From the NCBI GenBank assembly GCA_034118545.1, contig JAXFBD010000069.1, forward strand, positions 9,948 through 73,947: a stretch of 64,000 bases of DNA. Reading direction: 5' to 3'. This document shows positions 22,093-32,636 of the stretch, one piece after another. How positions within the stretch are numbered: position 1 is the first letter of the stretch; each line of letters starts with the position of its first letter. The notes under the pieces were generated by a model, which was not told the origin of the DNA, ran no database searches, and saw only the letters and a list, made by a program, of their open reading frames with translations. A program made the position numbers and the translations under genes. Origin of the DNA: Blautia sp. (GTDB lineage: Bacteria; Bacillota; Clostridia; Lachnospirales; Lachnospiraceae).

Positions 22093-23985
22093 TTAATAGG
22101 TAAATATAGCTATTCCGTAAGGCGGAAGCTCATACCCGAAGGAGAATGGACGATTATCACATTCGATTTTTTCTGCCTTATATACCTCCGGCTGAACCAT
22201 ACCTTCCTCTGTCATGATCAGTTTATACTGTTTCTTCTTCGGAACACCCACTCTGTACTCCGGACGTGCCACCGGTGTAAAGTTGCAGACTACCAGAATG
22301 TTATTTCTCTTTGTGGGAGATTTTCTTACAAAACTGAAGATACTTCTGTCGCCATCGTTGGGATTGATCCATTCAAAACCTTCCGGATCATTATCTGATG
22401 CATACAGCGCAGGATATTTTTTGTAAATATGAAGCAGTACTTTTACAAACTCCTGCAGGTCTTTGTGATTATCCTCTCCAAGAAGGAACCAGTCAAGCTC
22501 TCTCTCCTCGCTCCATTCACGAAGCTGGCCGAATTCCTGTCCCATAAACAGCAGTTTTTTGCCGGGGTGACACATCATAAAGGCGTATCCGGCCTTCAGG
22601 TTCTTAAATTTATCATCAAGCTCTCCCGGCATTTTATTCAACATGGAGCATTTCAGATGAACCACTTCATCATGGGAAAGTACAAGGATATATTTCTCAC
22701 TGTACGCATACATCATGGCAAAGGTCATCTTATTGTGGTGATATTTACGGAAATATGGATCCTGCTTCATATATTCCAGGAAATCATTCATCCATCCCAT
22801 GTTCCATTTCAGAGAGAATCCCAGCCCGCCGTCTTCTGCCTTTCCGGTTACCAGCGGCCATGCGGTGGATTCCTCTGCGATCATAACCGTACCTTTATTT
22901 CTTCCCAAAACGACTGAATTTAAATGTCTGAAGAATTCAATCGCCTCAAGATTTTTGTTTTCACCATATTTATTGGCAACCCACTGGCCATCCTGTTTGC
23001 CGTAATCCAGATAAAGCATAGATGCAACGGCATCCACACGAAGACCGTCCACATGACACTCCTCGATCCAGAACAGAGCGTTGGCAATAAGGAAGTTCTT
23101 CACCTCAGGGCGGCCGTAATTATAAATCTTGGTTCCCCAGTCCGGATGCTCTCCCTGTCTTGGATCTGCATGCTCGTAAACCGCTGTTCCGTCAAACATG
23201 GCAAGACCATGGGCATCTCTCGGGAAATGTGCCGGAACCCAGTCAAGAATCACGCCGATTTTCTGACGATGAAGATAATCCACCAGATATTTAAAATCCT
23301 GAGGTGTTCCATACCGTGAGGTCGGTGCATAGTATCCGGTTACCTGATATCCCCAGGAACCGTCAAAGGGATGCTCTGCGATTCCCATCAGTTCCACATG
23401 AGTATAACCCATATCCTTCACATATTTTGCAAGCTTTGGTGCCACTTCCCGGTAATTGTAAAATCCCTCTTTATTTTCTTCTGTAGATTCATGCTTCATC
23501 CAGGAACCGAGATGAACCTCATAAATAGACATTGGACTTACGGTTTCATCGAAGCTTTCACGATTCTTTAACCACGCCTGGTCCTTCCAGGTATAATCGG
23601 AAATGTCTGCGATAATAGATGCTGTTCCGGGGCGTTTTTCAGCTGCATTTCCATATGGATCAGATTTGTAAAGCTGCTCTCCGTGCATTCCCACAATATA
23701 ATATTTGTACTGCTGTCCCACTGCTGCCTTCGGTACGAAAGTCTCAAACACTCCGATCGGTCCAACCTTTTTCATAGGATTTGCTTCCAGATCCCAGTTA
23801 TTAAATTCTCCGATAACAGAAACACTCTGCGCATTTGGTGCCCATACTGCAAAATACACGCCTTTTTTGCGGTTCTGTGTAGTAGGATGAGCACCTAACT
23901 TTTTATAAACATCATAGTGTGTGCCCTGACCAAATAAATACTGATCCAACTCTGTAAATTCCATTTTCGGCTTCGCTTTTGCCAT
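22093..23985 (-). CDS. glgB: 1,4-alpha-glucan branching enzyme
   Basis: FAVWAPNA, WGYQVTGYY, DWVPAHF, RVDAVASM, AEES, LSHDEVVH. Confidence 0.96.
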   Translation of the reverse strand: MAKAKPKMEFTELDQYLFGQGTHYDVYKKLGAHPTTQNRKKGVYFAVWAPNAQSVSVIGEFNNWDLEANPMKKVGPIGVFETFVPKAAVGQQYKYYIVGMHGEQLYKSDPYGNAAEKRPGTASIIADISDYTWKDQAWLKNRESFDETVSPMSIYEVHLGSWMKHESTEENKEGFYNYREVAPKLAKYVKDMGYTHVELMGIAEHPFDGSWGYQVTGYYAPTSRYGTPQDFKYLVDYLHRQKIGVILDWVPAHFPRDAHGLAMFDGTAVYEHADPRQGEHPDWGTKIYNYGRPEVKNFLIANALFWIEECHVDGLRVDAVASMLYLDYGKQDGQWVANKYGENKNLEAIEFFRHLNSVVLGRNKGTVMIAEESTAWPLVTGKAEDGGLGFSLKWNMGWMNDFLEYMKQDPYFRKYHHNKMTFAMMYAYSEKYILVLSHDEVVHLKCSMLNKMPGELDDKFKNLKAGYAFMMCHPGKKLLFMGQEFGQLREWSEERELDWFLLGEDNHKDLQEFVKVLLHIYKKYPALYASDNDPEGFEWINPNDGDRSIFSFVRKSPTKRNNILVVCNFTPVARPEYRVGVPKKKQYKLIMTEEGMVQPEVYKAEKIECDNRPFSFGYELPPYGIAIFTY

Positions 23986-24041
23986 TTGAAAACCCTCCTT
24001 AAAACGTTAAATTTCACAGCATTCCCCGGCGCTGTTTTATA

Positions 24042-25394
24042 TTATTTCATTTCTATAATCTGACTCTCATTGGGCTGCAGACACACAGATATTGCATCGC
24101 CCTGTATGTCAAATACCGAACCGTCCAGCAGACTGACACAGGTCTTTCCGCTCTGCGGTACACGTATCCGAAGCTGCGCTTCCTGCTCGTCATTATTCAC
24201 CGCCACGATCACACCTTCATTTCCCAGAATTCTGGCAAATGCGTACTGACGGTTTGTCAGCAGCAGCTCCTGATAAACACCATCTGACAATGCCTGGTAA
24301 TCCCTGCGGATTTTTCCAAGGGTCTTTATCCAGGAAAGAAGCTTTGGATCCGGTATCTCCTCAAGTGCCTCCTCCAGATTCACTGCAGGGCGCAGAAAAT
24401 CATCGTTACTGCCCTCTTTTTTTCCCTGAATTCCCCATTCTGATCCATAATAAACAGATGGAATTCCGGGAAGTGTAAACAAAAGTGTGTGTACCGGATA
24501 AATGTGGCCCGGTACCTTCAGTTTAGATGCGATTCTGTCCACATCGTGATTGTCTACGAAAGAATAAAGCCTCATACCTCTGTAAATTCCACCATTCTGG
24601 TCGAATTCCCTTCGGATGGTATGTGCAATTTCAAAATAATTGTGGTCGTTATGTCCGGAGTACAAACCTTTGTGAAGCTCATAATTGGTTACACTGTCCA
24701 GCATATCCGGCTTTACATAACGGCTGTAATCTCCATGAATCACCTCACCCATCAACCAGAAATCAGCTTTTTTACTGTTGACGAAGCGGCGCATATCCTG
24801 CATGAAAGAAAAATCCAGACAATCTGCACAGTCCAGGCGTATGCCGTCAATATCAAACTCATCTATCCAGAAGCCGATTACGTCCAGAAGGTATTCCCGC
24901 ACCTGCGGCTCCCACAGATTCAGATTAACCAGCTCAAAGCAATTGCGCCATGCCTCATAGCCAAATCCATCATTGTAAGGTGTATTCCACCCGAAATTGA
25001 TTCCTTTATACCAGCAGCAGTAAGGAGAATTTTCTCTGTTGCGCTGAATATCCCGGAAGGCAAAAAATTCTCTTCCTGTATGATTGAACACACCGTCTAC
25101 CACTATCCGGATGCCCATTCCATGAGCTTTTTCCACGAAATGCCTAAAATCCTCATTGTCACCCAGACGACGATCCACCAGCCTGTAATCTCTGGTATCA
25201 TAACCATGAGATGTGGATTCAAATAAAGGTCCTATATATATCGCCGTGCAGCCAAGCTCCGCCACATGGGTAAGCCATTTCTCCAGCTCCCCAAAACGAT
25301 GAGTAACCTCCGTCTGCTCATTACGCCTTGGCGCTCCTGTCATCCCGATAGGATACATGTGATAAAATACTGCTTCTTCAAACCATCTGCCCAC
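24042..25394 (-). CDS. GH13 alpha-amylase/neopullulanase-like glycosidase
   Basis: HGYDTRDY, DGVFNH, GIRLDCAD, GEVIH, FVDNHD; GTG start at 25394 behind GGGAGG. Confidence 0.9.
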   Translation of the reverse strand: MGRWFEEAVFYHMYPIGMTGAPRRNEQTEVTHRFGELEKWLTHVAELGCTAIYIGPLFESTSHGYDTRDYRLVDRRLGDNEDFRHFVEKAHGMGIRIVVDGVFNHTGREFFAFRDIQRNRENSPYCCWYKGINFGWNTPYNDGFGYEAWRNCFELVNLNLWEPQVREYLLDVIGFWIDEFDIDGIRLDCADCLDFSFMQDMRRFVNSKKADFWLMGEVIHGDYSRYVKPDMLDSVTNYELHKGLYSGHNDHNYFEIAHTIRREFDQNGGIYRGMRLYSFVDNHDVDRIASKLKVPGHIYPVHTLLFTLPGIPSVYYGSEWGIQGKKEGSNDDFLRPAVNLEEALEEIPDPKLLSWIKTLGKIRRDYQALSDGVYQELLLTNRQYAFARILGNEGVIVAVNNDEQEAQLRIRVPQSGKTCVSLLDGSVFDIQGDAISVCLQPNESQIIEMK

Positions 25395-25546
25395 TACGAT
25401 GCCCTCCCGTTTCAGCAACTGACTTTTAGTCATTTTTTTATTATTATATCAATCAAGTCAGTTTACGTCAACGAAAAATCCCTTATAAAAAACAGGAAGG
25501 CCAGCCTCCCGTCTGTATCAATTTGGTAAGCTGTCCTTTCCCTGTA

Positions 25547-26863
25547 CTAGTATTCTTCGCCGTCGCTGTAGGATTCATCATAGTATCCGTCATCGTAAGA
25601 TTCATCATAATACTCATCTGACGACCCGTCATCATAGCTGTCATCATAAGAACCGTCATCATAAGACTCATCAGAGCCATCAGAAATATCACCGGAAGAC
25701 TCACCCTCCGATGCATCTCCCTCAGAAGCTGTGTCTGTGCTTCCATTATAACCTGCCACAAGCCCTGCATCAAGGCTGCTCTGCCAGAAATCCGAATATG
25801 ACGCATTCTGCAGTGTCACGCCCTTGGCTTGTGCCATCTCGCTGAGTGTCACAAGCTTATAGCCTTTTTCTATCAGATCCGGTATGATTCTCAGAGCTGC
25901 CTGCACGGAAGGCTCGTGGATATCATGCATCAGAATAATACTGCCGTCTGTCAGATCACCATTCATGATAGTGTTATAATCCATCTCCACATCCAGATAA
26001 GACCAGTCCATAGAATCCAGGGACCACATAAAAAACGGTTTCCCTACAGCATCGATCACACTCTGATTGTAAGACCCGTAAGGAGCACGGGCTACTGTTG
26101 AAGCCTGTCCGCAGGCTTCGATCAGCGCATTATCTGTATCAGAATATTCTTTGGCAGCACTGTCAAGATCCATTGATGTCAGATCCAGATGATCCCAGGA
26201 GTGGCTTCCCAGCTCACAGCCCAGTTCCACCATTCTCTTTACGGTATCAGGATAGGAGGATACCAGCTGCCCCAGCATAAAAAATGTAGCATGGGCATTA
26301 TTCTCTTCCAGACAATCCAGAAGCGTATCCGTATACTGTCCCGGCCCGTCATCAAAGGTCAGAGCCAGCATTGGTTTCTTTTTCTCTTCATTGTAAGAAC
26401 CGTCCTCATTAAAGTAATAGTCCTGTACACCCTTCGAAACCCATCCTGTCTGCATGTAGCCATTCTCATCAAAAGAATACTGTACACCGTCAATTACCTG
26501 GAAACCGCCTGCATAATATGTACCGTCACTGTTCTGATACCAGCGGCCGTCTGCACTGTCGTGCCAGCCCGGTGTCATCTCCGAAAGCTTGCTCACATCT
26601 CCCTGTCCCTTAAGCGGCCGTCTTGTCGCTGCATTGGGATCTGCCGCCACAGGCTCTGCCTGAACCTCTGTGGTTGTCTCATTGGTTGTCCGGCCCTGGC
26701 CGCTGCCGCTGATCCTGTGTGCGATAGGGAGAATCACTCCTCTGACGGCAAAATTCAGAACCAGTATCACAGCAACTACGCACATTGCCAGCTTGGTCAG
26801 CTTACGAATCATAAGCTGACGTTTTTTTCTGCGCATGCGCTCGCGCATCACTCGTTTGTCCAT
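25547..26863 (-). CDS. Membrane-anchored polysaccharide deacetylase (NodB/CE4) with cell-wall-binding repeats
   Basis: TFDDGP, HSWDH, RAPYG, LMHD; YSFDENGYMQTGW and YYFNEDG repeats; Tyr/Asp tail. Confidence 0.92.
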   Translation of the reverse strand: MDKRVMRERMRRKKRQLMIRKLTKLAMCVVAVILVLNFAVRGVILPIAHRISGSGQGRTTNETTTEVQAEPVAADPNAATRRPLKGQGDVSKLSEMTPGWHDSADGRWYQNSDGTYYAGGFQVIDGVQYSFDENGYMQTGWVSKGVQDYYFNEDGSYNEEKKKPMLALTFDDGPGQYTDTLLDCLEENNAHATFFMLGQLVSSYPDTVKRMVELGCELGSHSWDHLDLTSMDLDSAAKEYSDTDNALIEACGQASTVARAPYGSYNQSVIDAVGKPFFMWSLDSMDWSYLDVEMDYNTIMNGDLTDGSIILMHDIHEPSVQAALRIIPDLIEKGYKLVTLSEMAQAKGVTLQNASYSDFWQSSLDAGLVAGYNGSTDTASEGDASEGESSGDISDGSDESYDDGSYDDSYDDGSSDEYYDESYDDGYYDESYSDGEEY

Positions 26864-27035
26864 TATGTATTTATCCCCGCCTTAACTGCTGTGCAGGATA
26901 CAAACACTGCACAGCACTGTAAAATAAACTATATGTTCTCTGTTTTATGATACATCATCTGAACTGGAAAAACAATGGGAATTCAGCAAAGAATTCACAA
27001 TTATTACTGTTCATGTTACTGTTCATCTGCCGGAC

Positions 27036-28493
27036 TCAGTCACCGAAACTACCGCCGGAGGAATTATCACCTGCCGCAAAAGGATCCTCATCCTCCAGCA
27101 CATCTTCATCTTCCTCGAAGCTGTCTACTGCATCTTCATCTATATCCTCCACAGCCACATCCTCATCTTCCTCTGCAGCTGTACTTTCCGGAAATTCATC
27201 GCCGCTTGGCATAACTGTCTCACCGGAGGCTTCCGGAGCATATGCATAATAGGTTGAGTCACCTCCATCACCGCTGACGCCCACCGTATCTCCTGATGAT
27301 ACCTGTTCTTCCACATTGGCATTATCAACAATGAAATCTTCCACAAGAAGCAGACCTGTCTGTTCATCCACTGCCGCAGCGCCATAAATGGAAACCAGCT
27401 CTTCTATGGTTTCCGCATTATATGTTTTCAGGATTTCTTCACGGACAGCATCTGCCTCCTTGCTTTCCAGCGAAAGGCCTTCTGCATCCATAATTCCCTG
27501 GATAATAAGATTCTGCATGACAACGGCCTGTGCATACTGCTCACACTGTGCATTAAAATCCTCCATGGAAATCCCCTGAGAGGTTACATAATCCTCCAGT
27601 GAAAGGCCTTCCGGCTCAGCATAATAGGACTCGATAGCCTCCTTATACTCAGAAACCGCCTTGTCAATATCCTCCTGCGGATACTCTTTCACCTCACTGC
27701 CGGACATTACTGTTGTCCACGCAGTACTTCTTAAAGTGCTTTTTGCAGTTTTGGCTGCAGATTCCTTCATTTCATTTTTTACTGCCTCTTTATATTTGTC
27801 TGCAGTATCATAATCAGTGTTTGATGAAGCCCATTCATCTGTAAGCTCCGGAGCTCTGCGGAACTTTTGCAGAGTAACCTTAAATACTGCTTCTTTTCCG
27901 GCAAGGGAATCCTCAAAATAATTTTCCGCAAAAGTCAGATTCAGATCCTTCGTTTCTCCGGTTTTCATTCCGATAATGCCTTCCTCAAAGCCTTCGATAA
28001 ATGTTCCGGAACCAATGGTGAGATCATAATTCTCATCACTTCCGCCTTCAAATTCCACACCGTCCACAGTTCCCACATAACTGATCGTTGCAATGTCGCC
28101 TTCTTCCACTGAGCCTTCTGAAACTTCTTCAGCATACCCCTGGAGACGCTCATCAATTTCAATATCTACGTCCTCATCAGTAATATCTGTCACTGCATTC
28201 TCCAGCGAAAGCTCCTTATACTGTCCGATCGTGATATATTTCTCCACATTATCAACAGACACAAGACGGGACGGCTTATACTCTGTATTCTCCTGTTCTT
28301 CGGAATCCTCGCTGTCCTCTTTTTCATCTTCCTTACTGTCTTCGGATTTTTTTTCTTCAGAACCGGAAGCTTCTGATTCCTCCTGTGTTTCTTTTGTACT
28401 TTCCGTTGTTTCTTTATTACCGCAGCCGGCTGCCGATGCGGTAAGACACATTACACTCATTGCCAGAACGGCAAGATACGCTTTACGTTTCAT
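27036..28493 (-). CDS. Lipoprotein homologue of trigger factor (FKBP plus C-domain)
   Basis: Lipobox AAGC; GDIATISYVGTVDGVEFEGG, IGSGTFIEGFEEGIIGMKTGETK; no GFRxGxxP ribosome-binding motif. Confidence 0.85.
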   Translation of the reverse strand: MKRKAYLAVLAMSVMCLTASAAGCGNKETTESTKETQEESEASGSEEKKSEDSKEDEKEDSEDSEEQENTEYKPSRLVSVDNVEKYITIGQYKELSLENAVTDITDEDVDIEIDERLQGYAEEVSEGSVEEGDIATISYVGTVDGVEFEGGSDENYDLTIGSGTFIEGFEEGIIGMKTGETKDLNLTFAENYFEDSLAGKEAVFKVTLQKFRRAPELTDEWASSNTDYDTADKYKEAVKNEMKESAAKTAKSTLRSTAWTTVMSGSEVKEYPQEDIDKAVSEYKEAIESYYAEPEGLSLEDYVTSQGISMEDFNAQCEQYAQAVVMQNLIIQGIMDAEGLSLESKEADAVREEILKTYNAETIEELVSIYGAAAVDEQTGLLLVEDFIVDNANVEEQVSSGDTVGVSGDGGDSTYYAYAPEASGETVMPSGDEFPESTAAEEDEDVAVEDIDEDAVDSFEEDEDVLEDEDPFAAGDNSSGGSFGD

Positions 28494-28530
28494 AATAATC
28501 AAACTCCCTTCTGCTTATCCTGTCTGTCGA

Positions 28531-30024
28531 TTACATTTGAGGTACCGGCTCAGGTCTGGAAGAATCCCACACTTCTGAAACATCAAACAGATCACTTAAC
28601 ATTTCCGGATTATAATACATCCGGTAACCGTCCAGATTTCTTCTGCCCTGGCGAAAATACTGATCCGTGATCTGCACCCAGTACTGATTGGAATCAACAT
28701 TACAGTAATAGTTAAATCCCTGACTCTTATAGTAGGCAAATTTCTCATTATCCATACTGTAGCCCTGCCAGTCACCGATATCTGCTCCAAAGGCAAAAAT
28801 AATCATATCGGTTTTTCCCAGAATAGGCGCCACATATGCCTGCCACTTTTCATTGTCGATCCGCAGCTCCTCTGCGGAAGAGCTGGTGGCATTTTTATGT
28901 CCCCAGGTATGGCTGGCAAACTCCCAGCCTTCTGCCTTCATGGCTTCTGCCACCTTAGTTGCCTGGGCTACATCCTCTTCGTAATTGAAATCCGGATGAT
29001 TCTCAAGAAATTCTCTCTGATTGTCCTGCAGATTCTCTCCTGTTTTATAAGCTATATCTGTCCTGTATCCCAGCACACCGTTGTACCCTGTCATTGCCAG
29101 GATTCCTTTCCGTCCGTGATAGGAAAAATCCGGGTGCTCTTTCACAAAAGTGTCAATAAGAGGCACCATATCATAATCTCCCACTGAAACGCTGCCGTCA
29201 TCCTCAATATACTCACACTTTACATCACCGTTATCATCCAGAACAAGCCTGCTGGCATATCCGTCTCCATCCATATAGTGATAATAGCTCACATCATCCT
29301 GAGAAAGCACAAAAGCCTTCTTTCCCGGAGGCAGCATAATGGTTCCCCGGCTCATGGTTCCGTCATCATTTACATATGCCATATCATGAGGGCTGACCAG
29401 CACATATCCCTTCTCATACATGCTCTGAATGATTTTATTAAATTCACTGACAGTAGTCATCACCTGATTGTATCCCGGCTCATCTGAATCTCCGTCAAAA
29501 GCTTTACTGGTATCATAGATCAGTGTATGGAAGAAAACATGAGTAATCTGCTCCAGCGGATACTCCTCACAGGAATCCTTAACACTCTGATATTTCGCCG
29601 CAGCCTGCTGCATTTCCTCGCTGCTCTCGTAATCCGGCTGACTCTTCAAAAACTCAATGGCACCGTCATAATCATACTGCGCAGCTTTTAATTCTGCCTG
29701 CGCCATCGGTGTTCCGCTTTCGTAATTACCACTGACAGTAATGGGTTCTGACTGTGCGGATGACGAACTGCCGTCTTCTGTTCCGTCTTCTGTATCACTG
29801 CCATTTTCCGGTTCTTCTGTCGGTTCCGGCGTAGGTGTGGGCTCCGGTGTAGGTGTTGCTGTAGGCTTTACTTCCACCGCTTTTTTGCTCTCCTGCTTCT
29901 CTTTTCCAAAAAACGGAATACTTTGCACATCATCCCTGAACGGAAGTACTGAGCTGTGAAAAATCCCTGCCAGTGCAGCCAGACAGAGAACAGCAGCCAG
30001 TACTGTTACTAAAAGCTTCTTCAT
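28531..30024 (-). CDS. Secreted polysaccharide deacetylase family protein
   Basis: N-terminal TM, PT linker, HVFFH, SQDD, SHTWGH. Confidence 0.75.
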   Translation of the reverse strand: MKKLLVTVLAAVLCLAALAGIFHSSVLPFRDDVQSIPFFGKEKQESKKAVEVKPTATPTPEPTPTPEPTEEPENGSDTEDGTEDGSSSSAQSEPITVSGNYESGTPMAQAELKAAQYDYDGAIEFLKSQPDYESSEEMQQAAAKYQSVKDSCEEYPLEQITHVFFHTLIYDTSKAFDGDSDEPGYNQVMTTVSEFNKIIQSMYEKGYVLVSPHDMAYVNDDGTMSRGTIMLPPGKKAFVLSQDDVSYYHYMDGDGYASRLVLDDNGDVKCEYIEDDGSVSVGDYDMVPLIDTFVKEHPDFSYHGRKGILAMTGYNGVLGYRTDIAYKTGENLQDNQREFLENHPDFNYEEDVAQATKVAEAMKAEGWEFASHTWGHKNATSSSAEELRIDNEKWQAYVAPILGKTDMIIFAFGADIGDWQGYSMDNEKFAYYKSQGFNYYCNVDSNQYWVQITDQYFRQGRRNLDGYRMYYNPEMLSDLFDVSEVWDSSRPEPVPQM

Positions 30025-30362
30025 ACATTACCCCTTTCTTAACCTAAAAACACCCCTCCTGGTTTTTATTATATCACATCCGTTATCCGACTATGTAATC
30101 ATCTGATTCTCCCAACAGAAAATTCCTCCCGTTTCTGCGTCTGTTCATTGCTTCATTATACCTGTTCATTATTTATATTTCCACCATTTTCCGTGCTGTA
30201 TATATTATGTTTTTGTTAACGAACTTCATATATACCTTAAAACCCTGATTTTTCATGATGGAATTCATTTTTACAATTGCCTTTTTCCCAAAATAATGGT
30301 AGAATAAACTTCGCGTAATACATAGGGTAAAACCACAAATCATACATATTAGGAGGATTTTT

Positions 30363-30809
30363 ATGAGTAAAGTAACAATAGTCCTTCTGGTCATCCTGGT
30401 TATCCTGATCGCTCTTCTGATTGCCATGTATTTTTTCGGAAAAAAGGCACAGAAGAAACAGGAAGAGCAGCAGGCACAGATTGAAGCTTCCAAACAAACC
30501 GTTTCCATGCTGATAATCGACAAGAAACGACTGCCGCTGAAGGAGTCCGGACTTCCCCAGATGGTCATTGATCAGGCACCGAAGCTCATGCGCCGCTCCA
30601 AGCTTCCCATCGTTAAAGCAAAAGCAGGCCCCAAGATTTCCATTTTTATTGCAGATGAGAAGGTTTATGATCTCATTCCTGTAAAAAAAGAAATCAAAGC
30701 TGAAGTCAGCGGACTTTATATTGTAGGCGTGAAAGGAATCCGCGGTTCACTGGAAACACCGCAAAAGAAGAAAAAAGGACTTTTCGCACGTTTCCGCAAA
30801 AATAAATAA
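30363..30809 (+). CDS. Conserved-looking hypothetical membrane protein
   Basis: AGGAGG RBS, single N-terminal TM, basic cytoplasmic domain, terminator downstream. Confidence 0.75.
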   Translation: MSKVTIVLLVILVILIALLIAMYFFGKKAQKKQEEQQAQIEASKQTVSMLIIDKKRLPLKESGLPQMVIDQAPKLMRRSKLPIVKAKAGPKISIFIADEKVYDLIPVKKEIKAEVSGLYIVGVKGIRGSLETPQKKKKGLFARFRKNK

Positions 30810-30820
30810 TTATGCAACAC

Positions 30821-30868
30821 AAAGGCTGCAGCAGGAACCTTTCACCGGTTTCCCGCCGCAGCCTTTTT
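30821..30868. terminator. Bidirectional terminator
   Basis: AAAGGCTGC...GCAGCCTTTTT between convergent genes. Confidence 0.75.
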
Positions 30869-30902
30869 ATGTCTGCTTTGTTTTTTACTATACTTACTAT
30901 AT

Positions 30903-31349
30903 TCAGAGACTGAAGGCTCCGGAATTCTTAGACTGGGCCTGAATAGCCAGACAACAGTCTGCCATATGCTCCTGATTCATTTCCAGCGCATAATCCACCT
31001 TCATGCTCAGGCCTGTGTCATTTTCATCAAGCTCCAGCTTAGTGGCCGCAATTCCCATCTGCAGTGTTCCATAGGGTGTGGAATAATATGTCATATATTT
31101 CTTTCCCTGTTCAAAAACCATATGTACATTTACAAGCCCTTTTTTTCTTACCTCCAGCCCTTTTGGAGACATCTTGATATAATTTACAGTAGGCTCTGCG
31201 GAATCATCCAGAACCTCCTCAAAGCGCAGATAATGACTTCCGTTACGAAAATAATATTCCCCCGGCACAACGATCTCGATGGGCTCCTGTTCATCCTCCG
31301 CATCCATCATCTGCAGCCCCCGTACATGAATCAGCACATCTTTATCCAT
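30903..31349 (-). CDS. DUF1934 family protein
   Basis: GSHYLRFEE, MVFEQGK, YSTPYGTLQMGI. Confidence 0.85.
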   Translation of the reverse strand: MDKDVLIHVRGLQMMDAEDEQEPIEIVVPGEYYFRNGSHYLRFEEVLDDSAEPTVNYIKMSPKGLEVRKKGLVNVHMVFEQGKKYMTYYSTPYGTLQMGIAATKLELDENDTGLSMKVDYALEMNQEHMADCCLAIQAQSKNSGAFSL

Positions 31350-31363
31350 TTTTGTCCTCTTTC

Positions 31364-32185
31364 CTAATATTTTTCGATATTAATTTTTTTGGTCATTTCC
31401 ACATCATATGGAAGAATAGAGTTTGCAAAATCCTTAAACTTATCTGCAAGGTCACTGACATAAAAACGATAGGGAAATTCTTCCTCTTTCTGTTCTGTGC
31501 TCAGCAGATCCTTCTCGGACAGCAGCCGTTTCAGCTCCAATGCAGTCTCATAGGCAGGATTTACAAGACGTACGCTTTCCCCCATCACCTCACGTATGGT
31601 AGATCGAAGCAAAGGATAGTGGGTACAGCCCAGTATCAGTGTATCGATATCCTTATCCTGAAGCTCTTTTAAATATCTTCTGGCAACCTCCGTAGTCACC
31701 GGGTCATGAAGCCACCCTTCTTCCGCCAGTGAGACAAACAACGGACATGCCTTGCCGAACACCGTAATCTCAGGATTAAGCTCCTTCAGATACTGGGCAT
31801 GGATTCCGCTGCCTATGGTTCCCACCGTTCCAATAACACCCACACGATTATTTCTTGTCTCCTGAGCTGCCACTCTTGCTCCCGGCTCGATTACTCCCAG
31901 CAAAGGAATATCCAGTTCATCACGGACCTCATCCAGCGCAAAGGCGCTGGCTGTATTACAGGCAACCACAATAGCTTTAACCTGCTGTTCCTCCAGAAAA
32001 CGAATGATCTGGCGGGAGTAACGGATAATCGTTTCTTTTGATTTGCTGCCGTAAGGAACACGGGCAGTATCACCGAAATATACGATTTTTTCTGCGGGCA
32101 GATTCCGCATGATTTCCCGGGCAACCGTCAGGCCGCCCACACCGGAGTCAAAAACGCCTACCGGTGCATCCTTATCTATCTTCAT
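31364..32185 (-). CDS. murI: Glutamate racemase
   Basis: FDSGVGGL, PYGSKS, ACNTAS, LGCTHYP. Confidence 0.97.
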   Translation of the reverse strand: MKIDKDAPVGVFDSGVGGLTVAREIMRNLPAEKIVYFGDTARVPYGSKSKETIIRYSRQIIRFLEEQQVKAIVVACNTASAFALDEVRDELDIPLLGVIEPGARVAAQETRNNRVGVIGTVGTIGSGIHAQYLKELNPEITVFGKACPLFVSLAEEGWLHDPVTTEVARRYLKELQDKDIDTLILGCTHYPLLRSTIREVMGESVRLVNPAYETALELKRLLSEKDLLSTEQKEEEFPYRFYVSDLADKFKDFANSILPYDVEMTKKINIEKY

Positions 32186-32300
32186 GAATCCTTCTCCATT
32201 TTGATGTAATCAATTATTCCCTGAGTGTGCTTTAAGAACGCTCAGGCTCTTTTATTCTAACACCAATTGAAGGCAGAAGCAAGCAGATAGACTCGCTTTC

Positions 32301-32537
32301 TCAATCTATAAAGCTCAGAATCCAGAAGGATATTTTCCTGTGAGGAATTTTCGTATTTTCATCCCGTTCTTCCCTTTGCTCACTTTTCTTTCCCTGTGAA
32401 AAACAAAATTCCGGATAAAGCATGCCCCACCATGCCATCTGACGGTCAGGCAGCTTCAAATCTCCCACACCCGTAAGAAGTACAGCCGTTAAAAATGCTG
32501 CCAGCAATCTGTTTTTTGTCTTTTTTAACCAGTACAT
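32301..32537 (-). CDS. Small secreted protein with a SpoIIR C-terminal-like motif
   Basis: Signal-like N-terminus, WWGMLYPEFCF, CAGGAG RBS, hairpin downstream (about 32220-32248). Confidence 0.55.
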   Translation of the reverse strand: MYWLKKTKNRLLAAFLTAVLLTGVGDLKLPDRQMAWWGMLYPEFCFSQGKKSEQREERDENTKIPHRKISFWILSFID

Positions 32538-32563
32538 GAAATACTCCTGATAATATTTATAGA

Positions 32564-32593
32564 AATTATGAGCATATCTCTGTCTGTTTATTC
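32564..32593 (-). promoter_or_regulatory. Possible forespore (sigmaF/sigmaG)-type promoter
   Basis: GAATA-N18-CATAATT upstream of the 78-aa ORF. Confidence 0.3.
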
Positions 32594-32636
32594 ATAAGCG
32601 ATGAATAAAAAGCACCCGGCTGAAGGTCCAATGCAC

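Noticed and set aside
30173-30568. Minus-strand ORFs 30173..30568 and 30237..30497
   Set aside because: Overlap the plus-strand membrane gene and AT-rich promoter DNA; no RBS support.
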